Assembly: GCA_016177405.1 (NCBI GenBank)
Contig: JACOVG010000011.1
Span: 7,910 to 71,909 of the forward strand
Direction of reading: 5' to 3'
Length of the DNA stretch: 64,000 nucleotides
From: Candidatus Omnitrophota bacterium
GTDB taxonomy: Bacteria; Omnitrophota; Gorgyraeia; 1-14-0-20-64-10
The first letter of the stretch is position 1; every line of letters begins with the position of its first letter. The notes under the pieces are model-generated. The model saw only the letters and a program-made list of their open reading frames with translations. It was not told the origin of the DNA and made no database searches. A program made the position numbers and the translations under genes. Below, one piece after another: positions 26,375 through 36,928 of this stretch.

Positions 26375-27504
26375 GGGGTGTGGACCAGGATCACCATCTG
26401 ATCCCGATGGATCACTTCCCTGGCCTTTCGCTTCAAGATCTCGCCGATTTGAGAAGAATTCATCCCGGCGATCCTGTTTAGCTCGTCGGAGGAATAGGCC
26501 ACCCTGCCCCGGGCGAATTCACCCCCCGCGTCGTCCACCACGGAAACCAGGTCTCCGCCGGCAAACGCCCCGTGCACCCGCCGGACCCCGGAGGCCAGCA
26601 GGGAACGGCCGCTCTTCGTCAGGGCTTCCCGGGCTCCCGCGTCCACCTGAAGCCTGCCCTTGGGGCGAGCGGTGAAAACCAGCCACCGCTTGCGGGCTTG
26701 AATCTTCTTCCCGCTTTTTGGAACAAAGAGGGTCCCGGAGAGCTTGCCTGCCAGAACCAGCTGGCTCAAGACCTGGGGCTTCGTGCCGTTTGCGAGCACC
26801 ATGGGAATTCCATTGGCCGTCACCAGGCGGGCGGCCCTGATTTTGCTGGCCATGCCGCCGGAGGAAGTGTCCTTGGAGGTCCCGTGGGCCAGGCGCTCCA
26901 GCTCCGGGGTGATTTCGCTCACCACCGGAATCACCCGCGCCCCCTCGTGGGAGGCGCCTCCGGACCTCTCTTCAAAGCCGTCCACGTCGGTCAAGAGGAC
27001 CAGCAGGTGGGCGTCCATGAGGTGGGCCAGCAAGGCGGAAAGCTCGTCGTTGTCGCCGAAGCGGATTTCCTCTGTGGAGACGGTGTCGTTCTCATTGATC
27101 ACCGGCACGACCCCTTCCTTCAACAGCGCGCGCATCGTCTGCCGGGCGTTCAGGTAGCGCTTCCGGTGGGTCAGATCCTCCCGGGTCAAAAGGATCTGGG
27201 CCGCCTTGATCCCCCATCCCCTCAACTTTTCGGCGTAGGAACCCATCAGCTGACCCTGGCCCACCGCGGCGGCCGCCTGAAGAAGGTGGATCTCCTGGGG
27301 CCGTTTCTCCCAGCCCAAGACCCCCATCCCCGCGCCGATGGCGCCGGAGGTGACCAAGAGCACCTCCTTCCCGGCCGAAACCAGCCGGGCCACATCCCGG
27401 GTGAGCTCCGCCACGCGGGACTCGTCCAGGGCATGGCAGTCCGTGGTGAGAACCGAGGTTCCCACCTTGACGACTATTCTCTTGGCGTCCTTAATCCATT
27501 CCAT
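26371..27504 (-). CDS. proB: glutamate 5-kinase (with PUA domain)
   Basis: Amino-acid kinase fold (IVVKVGTS, VINENDTVSTEEIRFGDND). C-terminal PUA domain. Confidence 0.9.
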   Translation of the reverse strand: MEWIKDAKRIVVKVGTSVLTTDCHALDESRVAELTRDVARLVSAGKEVLLVTSGAIGAGMGVLGWEKRPQEIHLLQAAAAVGQGQLMGSYAEKLRGWGIKAAQILLTREDLTHRKRYLNARQTMRALLKEGVVPVINENDTVSTEEIRFGDNDELSALLAHLMDAHLLVLLTDVDGFEERSGGASHEGARVIPVVSEITPELERLAHGTSKDTSSGGMASKIRAARLVTANGIPMVLANGTKPQVLSQLVLAGKLSGTLFVPKSGKKIQARKRWLVFTARPKGRLQVDAGAREALTKSGRSLLASGVRRVHGAFAGGDLVSVVDDAGGEFARGRVAYSSDELNRIAGMNSSQIGEILKRKAREVIHRDQMVILVHTP

Positions 27505-28513
27505 GTTGTTCGAGCGAAGCCGCCAGGGCCGCGAGCAGCTCCTTCAGCCCCTCGCCGGTCTCGGCGGAGATCGGAAGAATCTTCCGCCGGATCTGCCGGC
27601 GGAAGCGTTTGAGATTCTCCTGGGCCCGCGGGAGATCCATCTTGTTGGCCGCCAGGACCTGCGGCTTGGCCGCCACCCGCGGGTCGTAGGCCTTCAGCTC
27701 CGAAAGGAGCGTCCGGTAATCGGCCGCCGGGTCCCTGCCGTCAACGGCGGCCATATCAATCAGGTGGACCAAGACCCGGGTCCTCTCGATGTGCCGCAGG
27801 AAGGCGAGGCCCAGCCCCCGGCCCCGGTGGGCCCCCTCGATCAACCCCGGCACATCCACCGCCACGACGCGGCGCTCCCCGCCAAGAACCACCACCCCCA
27901 GCACCGGGCTTTTGGTGGTGAAGGGGAAGGCCGCCACCTGGGGGCGGGCCGCGGAGACCCGGGAGATGAGGGTGGATTTTCCGGCATTCGGCAGCCCGAC
28001 AATTCCCACGTCGGCCAGCACCTTCAGGGTGAGGGTCAGACGCCTGCGCTGGCCTTCCTCGCCTTCGATGGGGGCCGGCGTTTTGTCTTTGAACTTTTTC
28101 CAGCGCTGGGGAGAAATCCTGGAGACGGCGTTGCCGATCCCGCCGGCTCCGCCCGCGGCCACCACCACCTCCGCCTCCGGGGTCAGGAGCTCCCGGATCA
28201 GATCGTCGGTGTCGGCATCGCGCACCAGGGTGCCCGGAGGCACCTGGACGAGGCAGGGCTTGCCGTTGGCGCCGTGCTTCTTCTTGGAGGAACCGTTGCC
28301 GCCCGCGGCGGCGCGGAAATGACGCTGGGCGAGAAGATCGTGCAGGGTTGTCAGCTGGACGTTCGCGCGGATGAGGACGTCTCCTCCCCGCCCCCCGTTT
28401 CCCCCGTCAGGGATCGGGTGACGGGACCAAAGATCTGCGTAGAAAGAGCGGCATCCGTTACCGCCCCGGCCCGCCTCGACCCGGATCTCCGCCTGGTCGG
28501 CGAAACCCTTCAA
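27491..28513 (-). CDS. obg: GTPase Obg/CgtA
   Basis: Obg-fold Gly-rich N-terminus ([19 protein letters not shown]). G1 GLPNAGKST; G4 NKMD. Confidence 0.9.
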   Translation of the reverse strand: MKGFADQAEIRVEAGRGGNGCRSFYADLWSRHPIPDGGNGGRGGDVLIRANVQLTTLHDLLAQRHFRAAAGGNGSSKKKHGANGKPCLVQVPPGTLVRDADTDDLIRELLTPEAEVVVAAGGAGGIGNAVSRISPQRWKKFKDKTPAPIEGEEGQRRRLTLTLKVLADVGIVGLPNAGKSTLISRVSAARPQVAAFPFTTKSPVLGVVVLGGERRVVAVDVPGLIEGAHRGRGLGLAFLRHIERTRVLVHLIDMAAVDGRDPAADYRTLLSELKAYDPRVAAKPQVLAANKMDLPRAQENLKRFRRQIRRKILPISAETGEGLKELLAALAASLEQHGMD

Positions 28514-28752
28514 CTGGCGCGAATGGCCACGACACCCGGCTTCGGGAAAACCACAATCCCGTCGCGAAGGGCAAAGAGGGTATCGTCCCCTCCCCGGCCC
28601 ACATTGAGGCCCGGCTTGACACGGGTCCCCCGCTGGCGGATCAGGATGGAGCCGGCGGTGACCAGCTGCCCGCCGTACGCCTTGACCCCCAGACGCTTGG
28701 AGTTGGAGTCGCGTCCGTTTCGAGAAGATCCTTGTGCTTTAGTGTGCGCCAT
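28510..28752 (-). CDS. rpmA: 50S ribosomal protein L27
   Basis: [25 protein letters not shown]-terminus. Confidence 0.9.
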   Translation of the reverse strand: MAHTKAQGSSRNGRDSNSKRLGVKAYGGQLVTAGSILIRQRGTRVKPGLNVGRGGDDTLFALRDGIVVFPKPGVVAIRAS

Positions 28753-29065
28753 TTTCTAAAATCTCCACCACCATGAGCCGGGTCAAGGGTTGGCGGTGAC
28801 CCACCTTCCGGTGGTAACCCTTGCGCCTCTTGTACTTGAAGTTGATCACCTTGGGCCCCTTGACCTGCCCCACGATCTTGGCCTTGACCAGAGCCCCCTT
28901 CACCAGGGGCTGGCCCGCCTCGAAGCGTTCCTCCTTGCGGATCGCCAGAACCTCGGCCAGGCGGACCTCGGTCCCTTCGGCCCCTTCGAGCTTCTCCACA
29001 TCCAGGAGAGTGCCCGGGCTCACCTTATACTGTTTGCCCCCGGTGGCTAAGATGGCATAGGTCAT
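28739..29065 (-). CDS. rplU: 50S ribosomal protein L21
   Basis: [16 protein letters not shown]-terminus. rplU-rpmA-obg order. Confidence 0.9.
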   Translation of the reverse strand: MTYAILATGGKQYKVSPGTLLDVEKLEGAEGTEVRLAEVLAIRKEERFEAGQPLVKGALVKAKIVGQVKGPKVINFKYKRRKGYHRKVGHRQPLTRLMVVEILENGAH

Positions 29066-29084
29066 CGCGAGGCCTTGCATTGTA

Positions 29085-30095
29085 TCACAAGCGCTTCACC
29101 CAGGCGAGCCATTCCTTTTCGAGGGCGGCGGGGTCCACGTGGTACTCGGCCTTCAGGGCATCGGAGATGGGGATGCCCCAGCTCAAGCGCGTGAGGAGCG
29201 AGACCAGCCCGGTCACCCCCGCCTTCTTCACCAGGAATTGAACGATGAGGTACCCCTGGCCGTAAAGGGCCTGAAGGGCGGCCGTGGAACCGGTGTACTG
29301 CTCCCGCCAGAGCGCCTCCCAGCCCGGGAGGGCTCCCTTTCGCAGCGCCAAGCGGGTTTGCGAAAGGTCGGGCGGCCGGACCCTCGCCTCCTGGTAGGTG
29401 GCGATCCCCTCGTTCAGCCACGTGGGGCACTTCCCCTTGGCGAGGTCGTGGACCAGCACGTGGGTGTACTCGTGCCAGAGAACCGCCTTCAAGACGCCGG
29501 TCGCCTGGAGATTCCGGGTCAGCGGCAGGCGGATCTTCCCATCGTAAAGCCCGGCGACCTGGTGGCCGACCCCCTTGACCTTCTCGAAGTCCTCCTCCGG
29601 ATAAAGGATCACCGTGATGGCGTAGGCCGGAAAATACTGGAACGACTGCCCCACCAGCCGGTGGGTGTCCCTCAAGAGCTGTTTCAGCTCTCCCAGATCC
29701 ACCGGGGTTTGCCCCTCGGCGAAGCGGACCACAAAGGGGTGGGTGTCGGAGCGGGCGAGGTCCTTCTCCACCTTGAGCTCTTTCCTCACCTTCGCCAGCG
29801 ACTCCTGAATGTCCGTCCGGGAGGGGGCGAGCTTGGCGGCCTGCTCCAGCTCCGCCAGCGCCTTCAGAAGCTCCTGGCGAAGGTAATAAAGCTCCCCCAA
29901 GAGAAGGTGGGCGTCCACGTGCCGGGGCTCTTCCGCGACCGCCTCCGCGGCATACCGGTAGGCCTCCTCCAGCTTCCGGTCCTGGTAGGCCGCCAGGGCC
30001 CTGGAGAAAGCGGAGGTCTCCTCCGAGGAGAGAGCGGCAAACGGCAGACCGCAAGCGGTCAGCAAAAGCGCAACGGCAGCCCAAAAACGCTTCAT
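29085..30095 (-). CDS. TPR-repeat lipoprotein with putative HExxH zinc-metallopeptidase (Peptidase_MA-like) domain
   Basis: Lipobox LLTACG at the start MKRFWAAVALLLTAC (30095). TPR-like N-terminus. WHEYTHVLVHD followed by WLNEGIATY. Confidence 0.6.
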   Translation of the reverse strand: MKRFWAAVALLLTACGLPFAALSSEETSAFSRALAAYQDRKLEEAYRYAAEAVAEEPRHVDAHLLLGELYYLRQELLKALAELEQAAKLAPSRTDIQESLAKVRKELKVEKDLARSDTHPFVVRFAEGQTPVDLGELKQLLRDTHRLVGQSFQYFPAYAITVILYPEEDFEKVKGVGHQVAGLYDGKIRLPLTRNLQATGVLKAVLWHEYTHVLVHDLAKGKCPTWLNEGIATYQEARVRPPDLSQTRLALRKGALPGWEALWREQYTGSTAALQALYGQGYLIVQFLVKKAGVTGLVSLLTRLSWGIPISDALKAEYHVDPAALEKEWLAWVKRL

Positions 30096-31594
30096 ACCGG
30101 CTGGATCTTGACGGTCTCCAGGTGGAGCGTGGGATCGGCCTTCACCACCACGCGGCCGTGGTACTCCTTCTCGATCTGGGCGATCGAGTTGCGGTCCTCG
30201 TTGAAGAGGCGGCCGGCCAGATCCGGATGGACCGTCACCTCGACCGTCGGCTTCTTGGAGGTCAGGAAGGTCTTCTTGATCTGGCGCAGGGCCGAGATCG
30301 AAACGGTCAAGGCCGAGCGGATGGAGCCTCGCCCCTGGCAATAGGGGCACTCCTGGAAATTGACCGACGCGAGCGACCGGCGGACCCTCTGCCGGGTCAT
30401 CTCCACCAGGCCAAACTCCGACAGGAAGATGAGGTTGGTCTTGGCCCGGTCTTTGCGCATGGCGTTCTGCAGGGTGTTGAAGATCTTCTGGCGGTGGGAC
30501 TGGGCGTTCATGTCGATGAAGTCGATGATCAGGATCCCGCCCAGATCGCGCAGGCGGATCTGGCGGGGAATCTCCTTGGCCGCCTCCATGTTGGTCACGA
30601 AGGCGGTCTCCTCCAGGTTCTTCCTTCCGGTGAATTTCCCGGAGTTCACGTCAATGGCCACCAGGCTCTCCGTCTGCTCAAAGATCACGTGGCCGCCGCT
30701 GGGGAGCTCCACCTTGCGGTTGTAGAACCGCTCGATCTCCCGCTCGAGGCCCCGCTTCTCAAACAGGGGCACGGCCTCGTGGTAATATTCCACCCGCGAG
30801 CGCAGGTGAGGCTCGGTCTGCGCCAGAAACCGCTGGATCTGCTGGAACTCCGGCTTGGAGTCCACCAGCATCTTGGTGACCTCCTCGGTCAGGTGGTCCC
30901 GGACGATCCGAAGGGTCAGGTTGTACTCCTCATGGATCAAGGCCGGGGAAACCGAACGGACCGAGCGGACCTTGACCCGCTTCCACAGGGAAAGCAGGAA
31001 CCTCAAGTCCCCGGCCAGCTGCTTGCGCTGGGCCCCCAGGGCGGCGGTGCGCACGATGAGCCCCATGTCGGTGGGGGCGCGAAGCTCCCTCAAGAGCGCC
31101 CTCAACCGGTCCCGCTCCTTGTGGTCATCCACCCTCCGGGAGATGCCGAAGGAGCCGTCCATCGGCATCAGGACCAGGAACCGCCCGGGCAGCGTCAGGT
31201 GGGTGGTGAGGCGCGGCCCCTTCGTGCCGAGGGGCTCCTTGATCACCTGGACCAGGATCTCCTGCCCCACCCGCACCAGATCCTGAATCCTGGGCTGGAC
31301 ATGCCCGGCCAGCGGGGCGGCCGCCGGTTTTCCCGACTCCATCTGGACCGCCTCCACGACCTCCGGAGAGGGCCCGACGATGTCGGTCAAATACAGAAAG
31401 CCGTTCTTCCCGATTCCCAAATCCACAAAGCAGGCCCGGATCCCCGGCACGATGGAGGTCACCTTGCCTTTGTAGATGTTGCCCAGAAGGGGCGCCGGGG
31501 TGGAGCGCTCCACGTAAAACTCGTCGAAGGCCCCCTCCTGCACCACCGCCACCCGGGTTTCCATCGGTTCCACATTGATCAAAAGTTCCTTCAT
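30092..31594 (-). CDS. rng: ribonuclease E/G family (RNase G-like, 500 aa)
   Basis: S1 domain (GNIYKGKVTSIVPGIRACFVDLG). DNase-I-like catalytic core. Zn-link CPYCQGRG. Confidence 0.85.
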   Translation of the reverse strand: MKELLINVEPMETRVAVVQEGAFDEFYVERSTPAPLLGNIYKGKVTSIVPGIRACFVDLGIGKNGFLYLTDIVGPSPEVVEAVQMESGKPAAAPLAGHVQPRIQDLVRVGQEILVQVIKEPLGTKGPRLTTHLTLPGRFLVLMPMDGSFGISRRVDDHKERDRLRALLRELRAPTDMGLIVRTAALGAQRKQLAGDLRFLLSLWKRVKVRSVRSVSPALIHEEYNLTLRIVRDHLTEEVTKMLVDSKPEFQQIQRFLAQTEPHLRSRVEYYHEAVPLFEKRGLEREIERFYNRKVELPSGGHVIFEQTESLVAIDVNSGKFTGRKNLEETAFVTNMEAAKEIPRQIRLRDLGGILIIDFIDMNAQSHRQKIFNTLQNAMRKDRAKTNLIFLSEFGLVEMTRQRVRRSLASVNFQECPYCQGRGSIRSALTVSISALRQIKKTFLTSKKPTVEVTVHPDLAGRLFNEDRNSIAQIEKEYHGRVVVKADPTLHLETVKIQPV

Positions 31595-31914
31595 TCCTTC
31601 TCCTTAACAATAGCCTTAAGCTCGGAAAGCTCTTTCTTCAGCGCTTCCTGCTCTCGGCGCAGATGCTGTAACTCCTCTAAGATCTTCTCGTGTTCCCCAT
31701 GCAAGGCGGTGAACCCGCTGGCGACAAGCTGCTGCGTGTCCCAGTCGATTCGGCCCTTTCGGAACCGCTTCAGATCCACCGCGTCCTCAAAGGTCTCTTC
31801 CTCCTTCACCTCCTCCTTGGGGGCCGGAGGCGGCCGGTACTGGGCTTCCACCGGCGCGGCCGCCAGCCCAAGTCCCGCCGCGGCCAAAAGAGCCGTCCAA
31901 AAGCTTAGCTTCAT
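31591..31914 (-). CDS. small secreted coiled-coil protein (hypothetical)
   Basis: Start MKLSFWTALLAAAGLGLAAAPVEA (signal peptide). Charged helical C-terminus. Confidence 0.45.
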   Translation of the reverse strand: MKLSFWTALLAAAGLGLAAAPVEAQYRPPPAPKEEVKEEETFEDAVDLKRFRKGRIDWDTQQLVASGFTALHGEHEKILEELQHLRREQEALKKELSELKAIVKEKE

Positions 31915-33293
31915 AAGAGAATCGAGGTGGCCAGCGCCAAGTAAGTCGCGGTGGCAATCAGGTCGGTGATCGTGGTGATGAGCGGCCCGGTCGCCGTGGC
32001 CGGGTCGATCCCCAGCCGCTTGAAGAAAAAGGGCTCCACCGCGCCGATCGTCGCGGCCACCACCATGGAGGTCAGCATCCCCAGGCAAACCACCAAAGCA
32101 AAATAGGCGCCATACCTCCGGCCATAGAGCCCGAAAGCGAAGAGCCCCACCAAAAGACCGTACGACAATCCCAGGATGAGCCCCACCGCCAGCTCCCTGA
32201 CCATGATCTTTGTCCACTCGCCGGCTTGAATCTGTCCGGTGGCCAAACCCCGGACCACGATGGTGGCCGACTGGGACCCCACGTTGCCGCCCATCGCCGC
32301 GATGAGCGGCATGAAGGAGGCCAGCGCGACGACCGCCAGCAGTGTTCCTTCAAAGTGCTTGATCACGAACGACACCAAGACTCCGCCCGCGATGGAGGCC
32401 ACCAGCCACGGCAGCCGCAATCTCACGATCCTCAAGATGTTGGCCGCCTTGAACTCCTCGGGGCGGGTTCCGGCCATCTTGGCGATGTCCTCGCTCGCCT
32501 CCTGGTGGATGATGTCCAGCACGTCGTCCACAAGCAGCACCCCCGCCAAACGGCCGGTTTCATCCACCACGGGCGCCGAGAGGAGATTGTACTTGGCGAC
32601 CAGCCGGGCCGCCTCCTCCTGGTCGGCGCCGGCCTGAATCCGGATCGCGGAGGCGGAGGAGAGAAGCTCCTTCACCAGGCTGTCGTGGGGCGCCGACACC
32701 AGCGTCTGCAGCGACACGAAGCCGATCAGGGAGCCGCCGCCGTTGACCACATAGAGGTTGGCCAACAGCCCCTCCTCGTGGACATGGGTGCGGGTCAAGG
32801 CGCGAACCAGCTCCAGGGCCTGCGAGGCGGTCATCGACTCCTTGAGCCGCACCACACCGGTGTGCATGAGGGCCCCGGCGGTCCCGCGCGGATAAGCCAG
32901 GGACTGCTCGAGCTTCTCGGCCGCCTCCTCCTTCTTGACGAGGTTGGTCAATTTCCGGACCACCCTTCGGGGAAGCTTCCGGAAGAGGTGGGCCGCTTCG
33001 CCCGGCGGGAGATCCTCCACCATCTGCCCGGTTCCCTGATCCCCCAGGGCCGTCAGGAGAAAGCCCTGGTCCTTCACATCCAGCTCCTCGAAAACGACCA
33101 CCGCGCGCCGGGTCGCCAGGATCTGAAAGAGGGTCAGCTGCTCTTCCCGGGTGAACTCGGACCACCCCTCGGCCAGATCCACGGGATTGATCTCCCTCAA
33201 GGCGCTCTTGAGCGTGGCGAGGTCCCGGAGCGCCAGGAGCTGCTTCAGCTCCGGAAGGAAAAGGGCGTAGGCCTTAACGGTCTTGGTCAACAA
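31911..33293 (-). CDS. mgtE: magnesium transporter MgtE
   Basis: N domain + tandem CBS + MgtE transmembrane domain (PLIAAMGGNVGSQSATIVVRGLATGQI). Confidence 0.9.
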   Translation of the reverse strand: MLTKTVKAYALFLPELKQLLALRDLATLKSALREINPVDLAEGWSEFTREEQLTLFQILATRRAVVVFEELDVKDQGFLLTALGDQGTGQMVEDLPPGEAAHLFRKLPRRVVRKLTNLVKKEEAAEKLEQSLAYPRGTAGALMHTGVVRLKESMTASQALELVRALTRTHVHEEGLLANLYVVNGGGSLIGFVSLQTLVSAPHDSLVKELLSSASAIRIQAGADQEEAARLVAKYNLLSAPVVDETGRLAGVLLVDDVLDIIHQEASEDIAKMAGTRPEEFKAANILRIVRLRLPWLVASIAGGVLVSFVIKHFEGTLLAVVALASFMPLIAAMGGNVGSQSATIVVRGLATGQIQAGEWTKIMVRELAVGLILGLSYGLLVGLFAFGLYGRRYGAYFALVVCLGMLTSMVVAATIGAVEPFFFKRLGIDPATATGPLITTITDLIATATYLALATSILL

Positions 33294-33305
33294 GCAGCCT
33301 GGGTT

Positions 33306-34925
33306 TTAATGGGGCTTCGGAGAAGAGCCCTTTCGGACGGACATCTTATTTCGCAGAAACTCCTCGTACCGGCGCTGGAGGCGCTCGGTCTCCTCCGGGG
33401 AAAGGCTTCCCGGCTCAACAATCTTGGCCGTGATGAAGATCAGGAGGTCAATCTTCTCCGTGTCCACCGTCTCCCGCGAGAAGAGAAATCCGATCAGGGG
33501 GAGTTTGCCCAGAAAGGGAAGGCCGATCCTCGATTTGGATTTGATGTCTTTCAAAAGACCCCCGATGACGATCGTCTCTCCATGTTCCATCACCACCTGG
33601 GTCTCGGCCTCCCGGATGTTGATGATGGGATAGGCGTTGGTGCCGATCGTTGAGCCGCGGGTGGAGATGATGGGGTGGACGATCAGGTCGATGTGCTCGT
33701 CGCCCCCCACCGAGGGAACCACGAAGAGCTCAATCCCGATGTCCTGGTAGTAGGAGAGGGACTCCGTGGTCTGGGGCGAGTCGCCCCCTGAAACCGTCCG
33801 CTCGATGATCGGGTATTTCTCACCGATCAGGATCCTGGCCTCCTGGCCCGACAGGGTCAGGACGTGCGGGGCCGAGAGGGTGTTGGTCCGCAGGTCCTCC
33901 TCCAGGGCCCGCACAATAACCTCAAACTGCGGCTCATTGAGCTTCCGAAAGAGAAACTCCAACCCCGCGTTGATACCGGTTCCCGCCCCGCCGATCGAGG
34001 CCTTGGGGCCGAAGTTGGAAGGGGTGACCGCCGTCGCCAAAACCTGGGCTCCTGTTTCCGCGATGGAGATCGGAGCGGCCGATTCGGAATTCTGCTTGGC
34101 CGCCGAGAACACCGTGGGCAGCGCCGTGGCGCTTTCCACACCGGTCGTGCCGGTTCCGATGTCCAGCCCGAAATCGCGCAGCAGGTCTCTGCTGACCTCC
34201 ATGACGCGGGTTTCTATCAGGATCTGCTGGGGCAGGGTGTCGATCTTGGTCAGGATCTTCTCCAGACGGTCGATCGTGGTGGGGGTATCGGTGATCACAA
34301 TCGCCTTGGAGCGGGCCGCCTCCCGCTCCCGGCGTTCCCGGGTTTCCGAACCGCTCGTGGAGCTGCCGGCCTCGGCGCCGCCGAATTCCCAACCTTTTTG
34401 TCCTGTGATCTCCAGCACCGAGATCTTGCCCTGGGCGGTCAACTGCGGCTCGAGAAAGTTCTTCACATCGGCGGCGTCCAGGTAGCGAAGCTGAATCACC
34501 TTCGTGGTCACCGGCTCAATCTCCACCAGCTCCTTCACCGCCTCCCGGCGGGTCTTCAGCTCCTCCAGGGTGGTCACCACTATGACGTTGTCTTCCTTCT
34601 CGTAGGCCAGCCCGTAGGTGCGCACAATGGTGTCCAGCGCCTGCTCCCAGCTGACGCCCTCCAGATGAATCGAAACGATGCCCTGGATGTCGGCGGCGGT
34701 GACGATGTTGATTTTTCCCTTCCGGGCCAGGGCCTGGAGAACCGTCTGGATCTCCGCCTCCTTGAAATCCAAAGACAGGCTCCCCGGCTCGGCCGCGATC
34801 GGGGGCGGCTCCACCGAGATCGCCTGAACCACCTGCAGGGCCTCTTCCCCCTGGGTGGTGAGCGGACCTGCGGAAAAAAGGAGAACGGATAAAACAAGTA
34901 AAAGAAGGAGCGGGGTCGGCTTCAT
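33306..34925 (-). CDS. pilQ: type IV pilus / T2SS secretin (PilQ/GspD family)
   Basis: Signal peptide, N0/N1 domains, and secretin C-domain (VVMEHGETIVIGGLLKDIKSKSRIGLPFLGKLPLIGFLF...IFITAKIV). Confidence 0.85.
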   Translation of the reverse strand: MKPTPLLLLLVLSVLLFSAGPLTTQGEEALQVVQAISVEPPPIAAEPGSLSLDFKEAEIQTVLQALARKGKINIVTAADIQGIVSIHLEGVSWEQALDTIVRTYGLAYEKEDNVIVVTTLEELKTRREAVKELVEIEPVTTKVIQLRYLDAADVKNFLEPQLTAQGKISVLEITGQKGWEFGGAEAGSSTSGSETRERREREAARSKAIVITDTPTTIDRLEKILTKIDTLPQQILIETRVMEVSRDLLRDFGLDIGTGTTGVESATALPTVFSAAKQNSESAAPISIAETGAQVLATAVTPSNFGPKASIGGAGTGINAGLEFLFRKLNEPQFEVIVRALEEDLRTNTLSAPHVLTLSGQEARILIGEKYPIIERTVSGGDSPQTTESLSYYQDIGIELFVVPSVGGDEHIDLIVHPIISTRGSTIGTNAYPIINIREAETQVVMEHGETIVIGGLLKDIKSKSRIGLPFLGKLPLIGFLFSRETVDTEKIDLLIFITAKIVEPGSLSPEETERLQRRYEEFLRNKMSVRKGSSPKPH

Positions 34926-35367
34926 GGCGTCTCTTCTCCCTGTGTGGGGCTTTCGGTTATCCCTTCCTCGCGGGTGCGGCTCAACGTGAGGCGGTGCGGC
35001 TGGCCCTCCACCAGCACCGTCACCGCCGTGGGCGTAATGGCCAGGATCTTGGCTCCGTTGATGTCGTCGTTCACCCGGACAATCTTCCCATTGATCAGAG
35101 CGTATGAATCGTCCGCCGGATCAAACACCACCCCCTGGAGCACCAGGGACTCTATCCCGGTCTCCTCCCCCTCGTCCAAACCGGGCGGGACGACCCGGAC
35201 CCCCTCCTCGGTCAAAAGCGCGATGAACGGGTCTCTCTTTCCCCTGGACTGGTATTCCCCCGCCGCCCCGGCCGCGAATCCGAGCGTCAACAGGAGCCCC
35301 GCCGCCAGCCCCGCGAATTTTTTAGAACCGGTTGCATAAATCCGCGTGAGCCGCGTTGCGAGCGCCA
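34922..35367 (-). CDS. pilP: PilP-like pilot/alignment lipoprotein
   Basis: Hydrophobic leader, an RDPF motif, and a C-terminal beta-domain (LVLQGVVFDPADDSYALINGKIVRVNDDINGAKILAITPTAVTVLVEGQPHRLTL). Start uncertain; a TTG near 35367 is proposed and the ORF track extends to 35608. Confidence 0.55.
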
Positions 35368-35600
35368 AGGGGGCAGATCCGAGGAACGACGACGATGGCG
35401 TACTCCCTGGAGTACGTCGAGGAGGAGTGACGAAGGAGATGCCCCCCTGCCGCCGCAACCCGAAGGGCTGGGCGGACTTGCTTCGCCGGGCGGCGTTGCT
35501 CGTCGTCGGCGCAGCGCTCCTCCGGCTGCGCCGTCCTCCTCGCGCCTTGCCCGGCTCGCAATTGCGCCCAGCGCGGCCACGGGGATTTATGCAACCGGTT

Positions 35601-36188
35601 CTAGCCATCGGAATCCTTCCTGACGGGCCCGGGCATCAGATACGACTGAAACAGGAAGACCCCCCGGTGGCGCATCGGGTTGTCGGGGTGGGGGCTAAGA
35701 ATCACTTCCCGCGCCCGGATCAGAAGGTCCGAAGACTCCACGGCGTCCAAGAAGCCGCCCATGGCGTGGTAGCCCCCCTCCACCGCCACCAGGATGTAGA
35801 GCTCCAGATACCCGCTGACGCCGGGTTCCAGCTTGTTGACGTCCGACGTGGGCTTGGAGGTGAACAGGTTCACCTGGGACCGGCGGGCGTAGTCGGTGAT
35901 TGTCTTCAAAAGCTGGGGAAGCTGCTCCTCGGGCGGCAGGGGCGAGCTCGGATCCGGAAATTCGCCGGAAAGCCGCTGGATTTCCGATTCCATGGCCGGA
36001 AGGCGGGAAAGCTCCCCTTGGAGCTGGGTGAGCTGCTGCCGCTGGGCCTCCACCAGGGGCCGTACCTCGGCCAGGGCCCTGGTCTGCGGCAGCAGGAAGA
36101 AGTTGACCCAGAGGATCAAGCCCACCACCGACCCGATCGCGAGGAGGATCTGCTTCTCTTGGGCCGGCGTCAGCTTCAAGTCCGCCAC
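35601..36188 (-). CDS. pilO: type IV pilus assembly protein PilO
   Basis: N-terminal TM, coiled-coil region, ferredoxin-like C-terminal domain. Position between pilN and pilP. Confidence 0.75.
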   Translation of the reverse strand: MADLKLTPAQEKQILLAIGSVVGLILWVNFFLLPQTRALAEVRPLVEAQRQQLTQLQGELSRLPAMESEIQRLSGEFPDPSSPLPPEEQLPQLLKTITDYARRSQVNLFTSKPTSDVNKLEPGVSGYLELYILVAVEGGYHAMGGFLDAVESSDLLIRAREVILSPHPDNPMRHRGVFLFQSYLMPGPVRKDSDG

Positions 36189-36191
36189 CGG

Positions 36192-36917
36192 CTAGTTTCC
36201 AGTCGGATAAAGCAGGATGACGAAGGCACTCGTCTCTTCCTTTCCCACCTGCTGGTGAAAGACATCCTTCAGCTCCACCCCGGTGAACCACTTGGAAAAA
36301 TCGGGATGCTCCTTGAGCCTCTGCAGAAAGCGGGTCACCGGGGCGGCCGATTCCTTTCCCTCCACCAGGGCGACGCCGGCCAGAACAACGAGAAACTTCT
36401 CCTCCGCGGCGGGCTGGGCCGCCCCGCCGCCGGCCTCGGGGGTGTTGGGCGAAAGGCCCAGCAGCTCCCCCTGCTCGGAGAAACCGGGGATCTGGCCCGG
36501 GACAAAATCCTTCAGCTCCGACTGAAGGAAACCCATCGTTTCGCTCTTGGGCGTCTTCACGCCGACCAGGGCGGTAAACCACAGGTTCCTCACCAGGGCG
36601 TCGGAAAGAAGGTTCAGCCGCGGAGCCCACTTGGCGTCCGGCGACTTCATGGACGTGACGGCCGAGGCCCGGTTCTTAAGGTTCAGCAGGGCCTGTTTCC
36701 TCTGCTCAAGCCGCGCGCGCTCGGGCTCCAGGCCTTGCCACTCGCTGGTCAGCCGGGACAGCGTCCTGTTCTGCGCCTGATTGAAGAAGAAGAGGGCCCC
36801 GGAGTAGACGAGCAGGCACACCCCCGCCCCGATCCCAACGGCCTTCCAGGGAACCTTGACCCCTGGCCCTCTTCTTGTCCGCCGGACATCGGGCGGCAGG
36901 AGGTTGATCTTGATCAC
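36192..36917 (-). CDS. pilN: type IV pilus assembly protein PilN
   Basis: VIKINLLPPDVRR motif (probable GTG start near 36917), single TM, periplasmic domain. Confidence 0.75.
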   Translation of the reverse strand: MIKINLLPPDVRRTRRGPGVKVPWKAVGIGAGVCLLVYSGALFFFNQAQNRTLSRLTSEWQGLEPERARLEQRKQALLNLKNRASAVTSMKSPDAKWAPRLNLLSDALVRNLWFTALVGVKTPKSETMGFLQSELKDFVPGQIPGFSEQGELLGLSPNTPEAGGGAAQPAAEEKFLVVLAGVALVEGKESAAPVTRFLQRLKEHPDFSKWFTGVELKDVFHQQVGKEETSAFVILLYPTGN

Positions 36918-36928
36918 CCCGCCACCTC

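Noticed and set aside
34922-35608. Full 228-aa reading of ORF 34922-35608 as one protein
   Set aside because: The N-terminal about 80 aa are Arg/Ser/Pro-rich low complexity overlapping the pilO coding end. Only the C-terminal roughly 148 aa (leader + RDPF + beta-domain) look like a real PilP-like protein. Start is set provisionally at a TTG near 35367.
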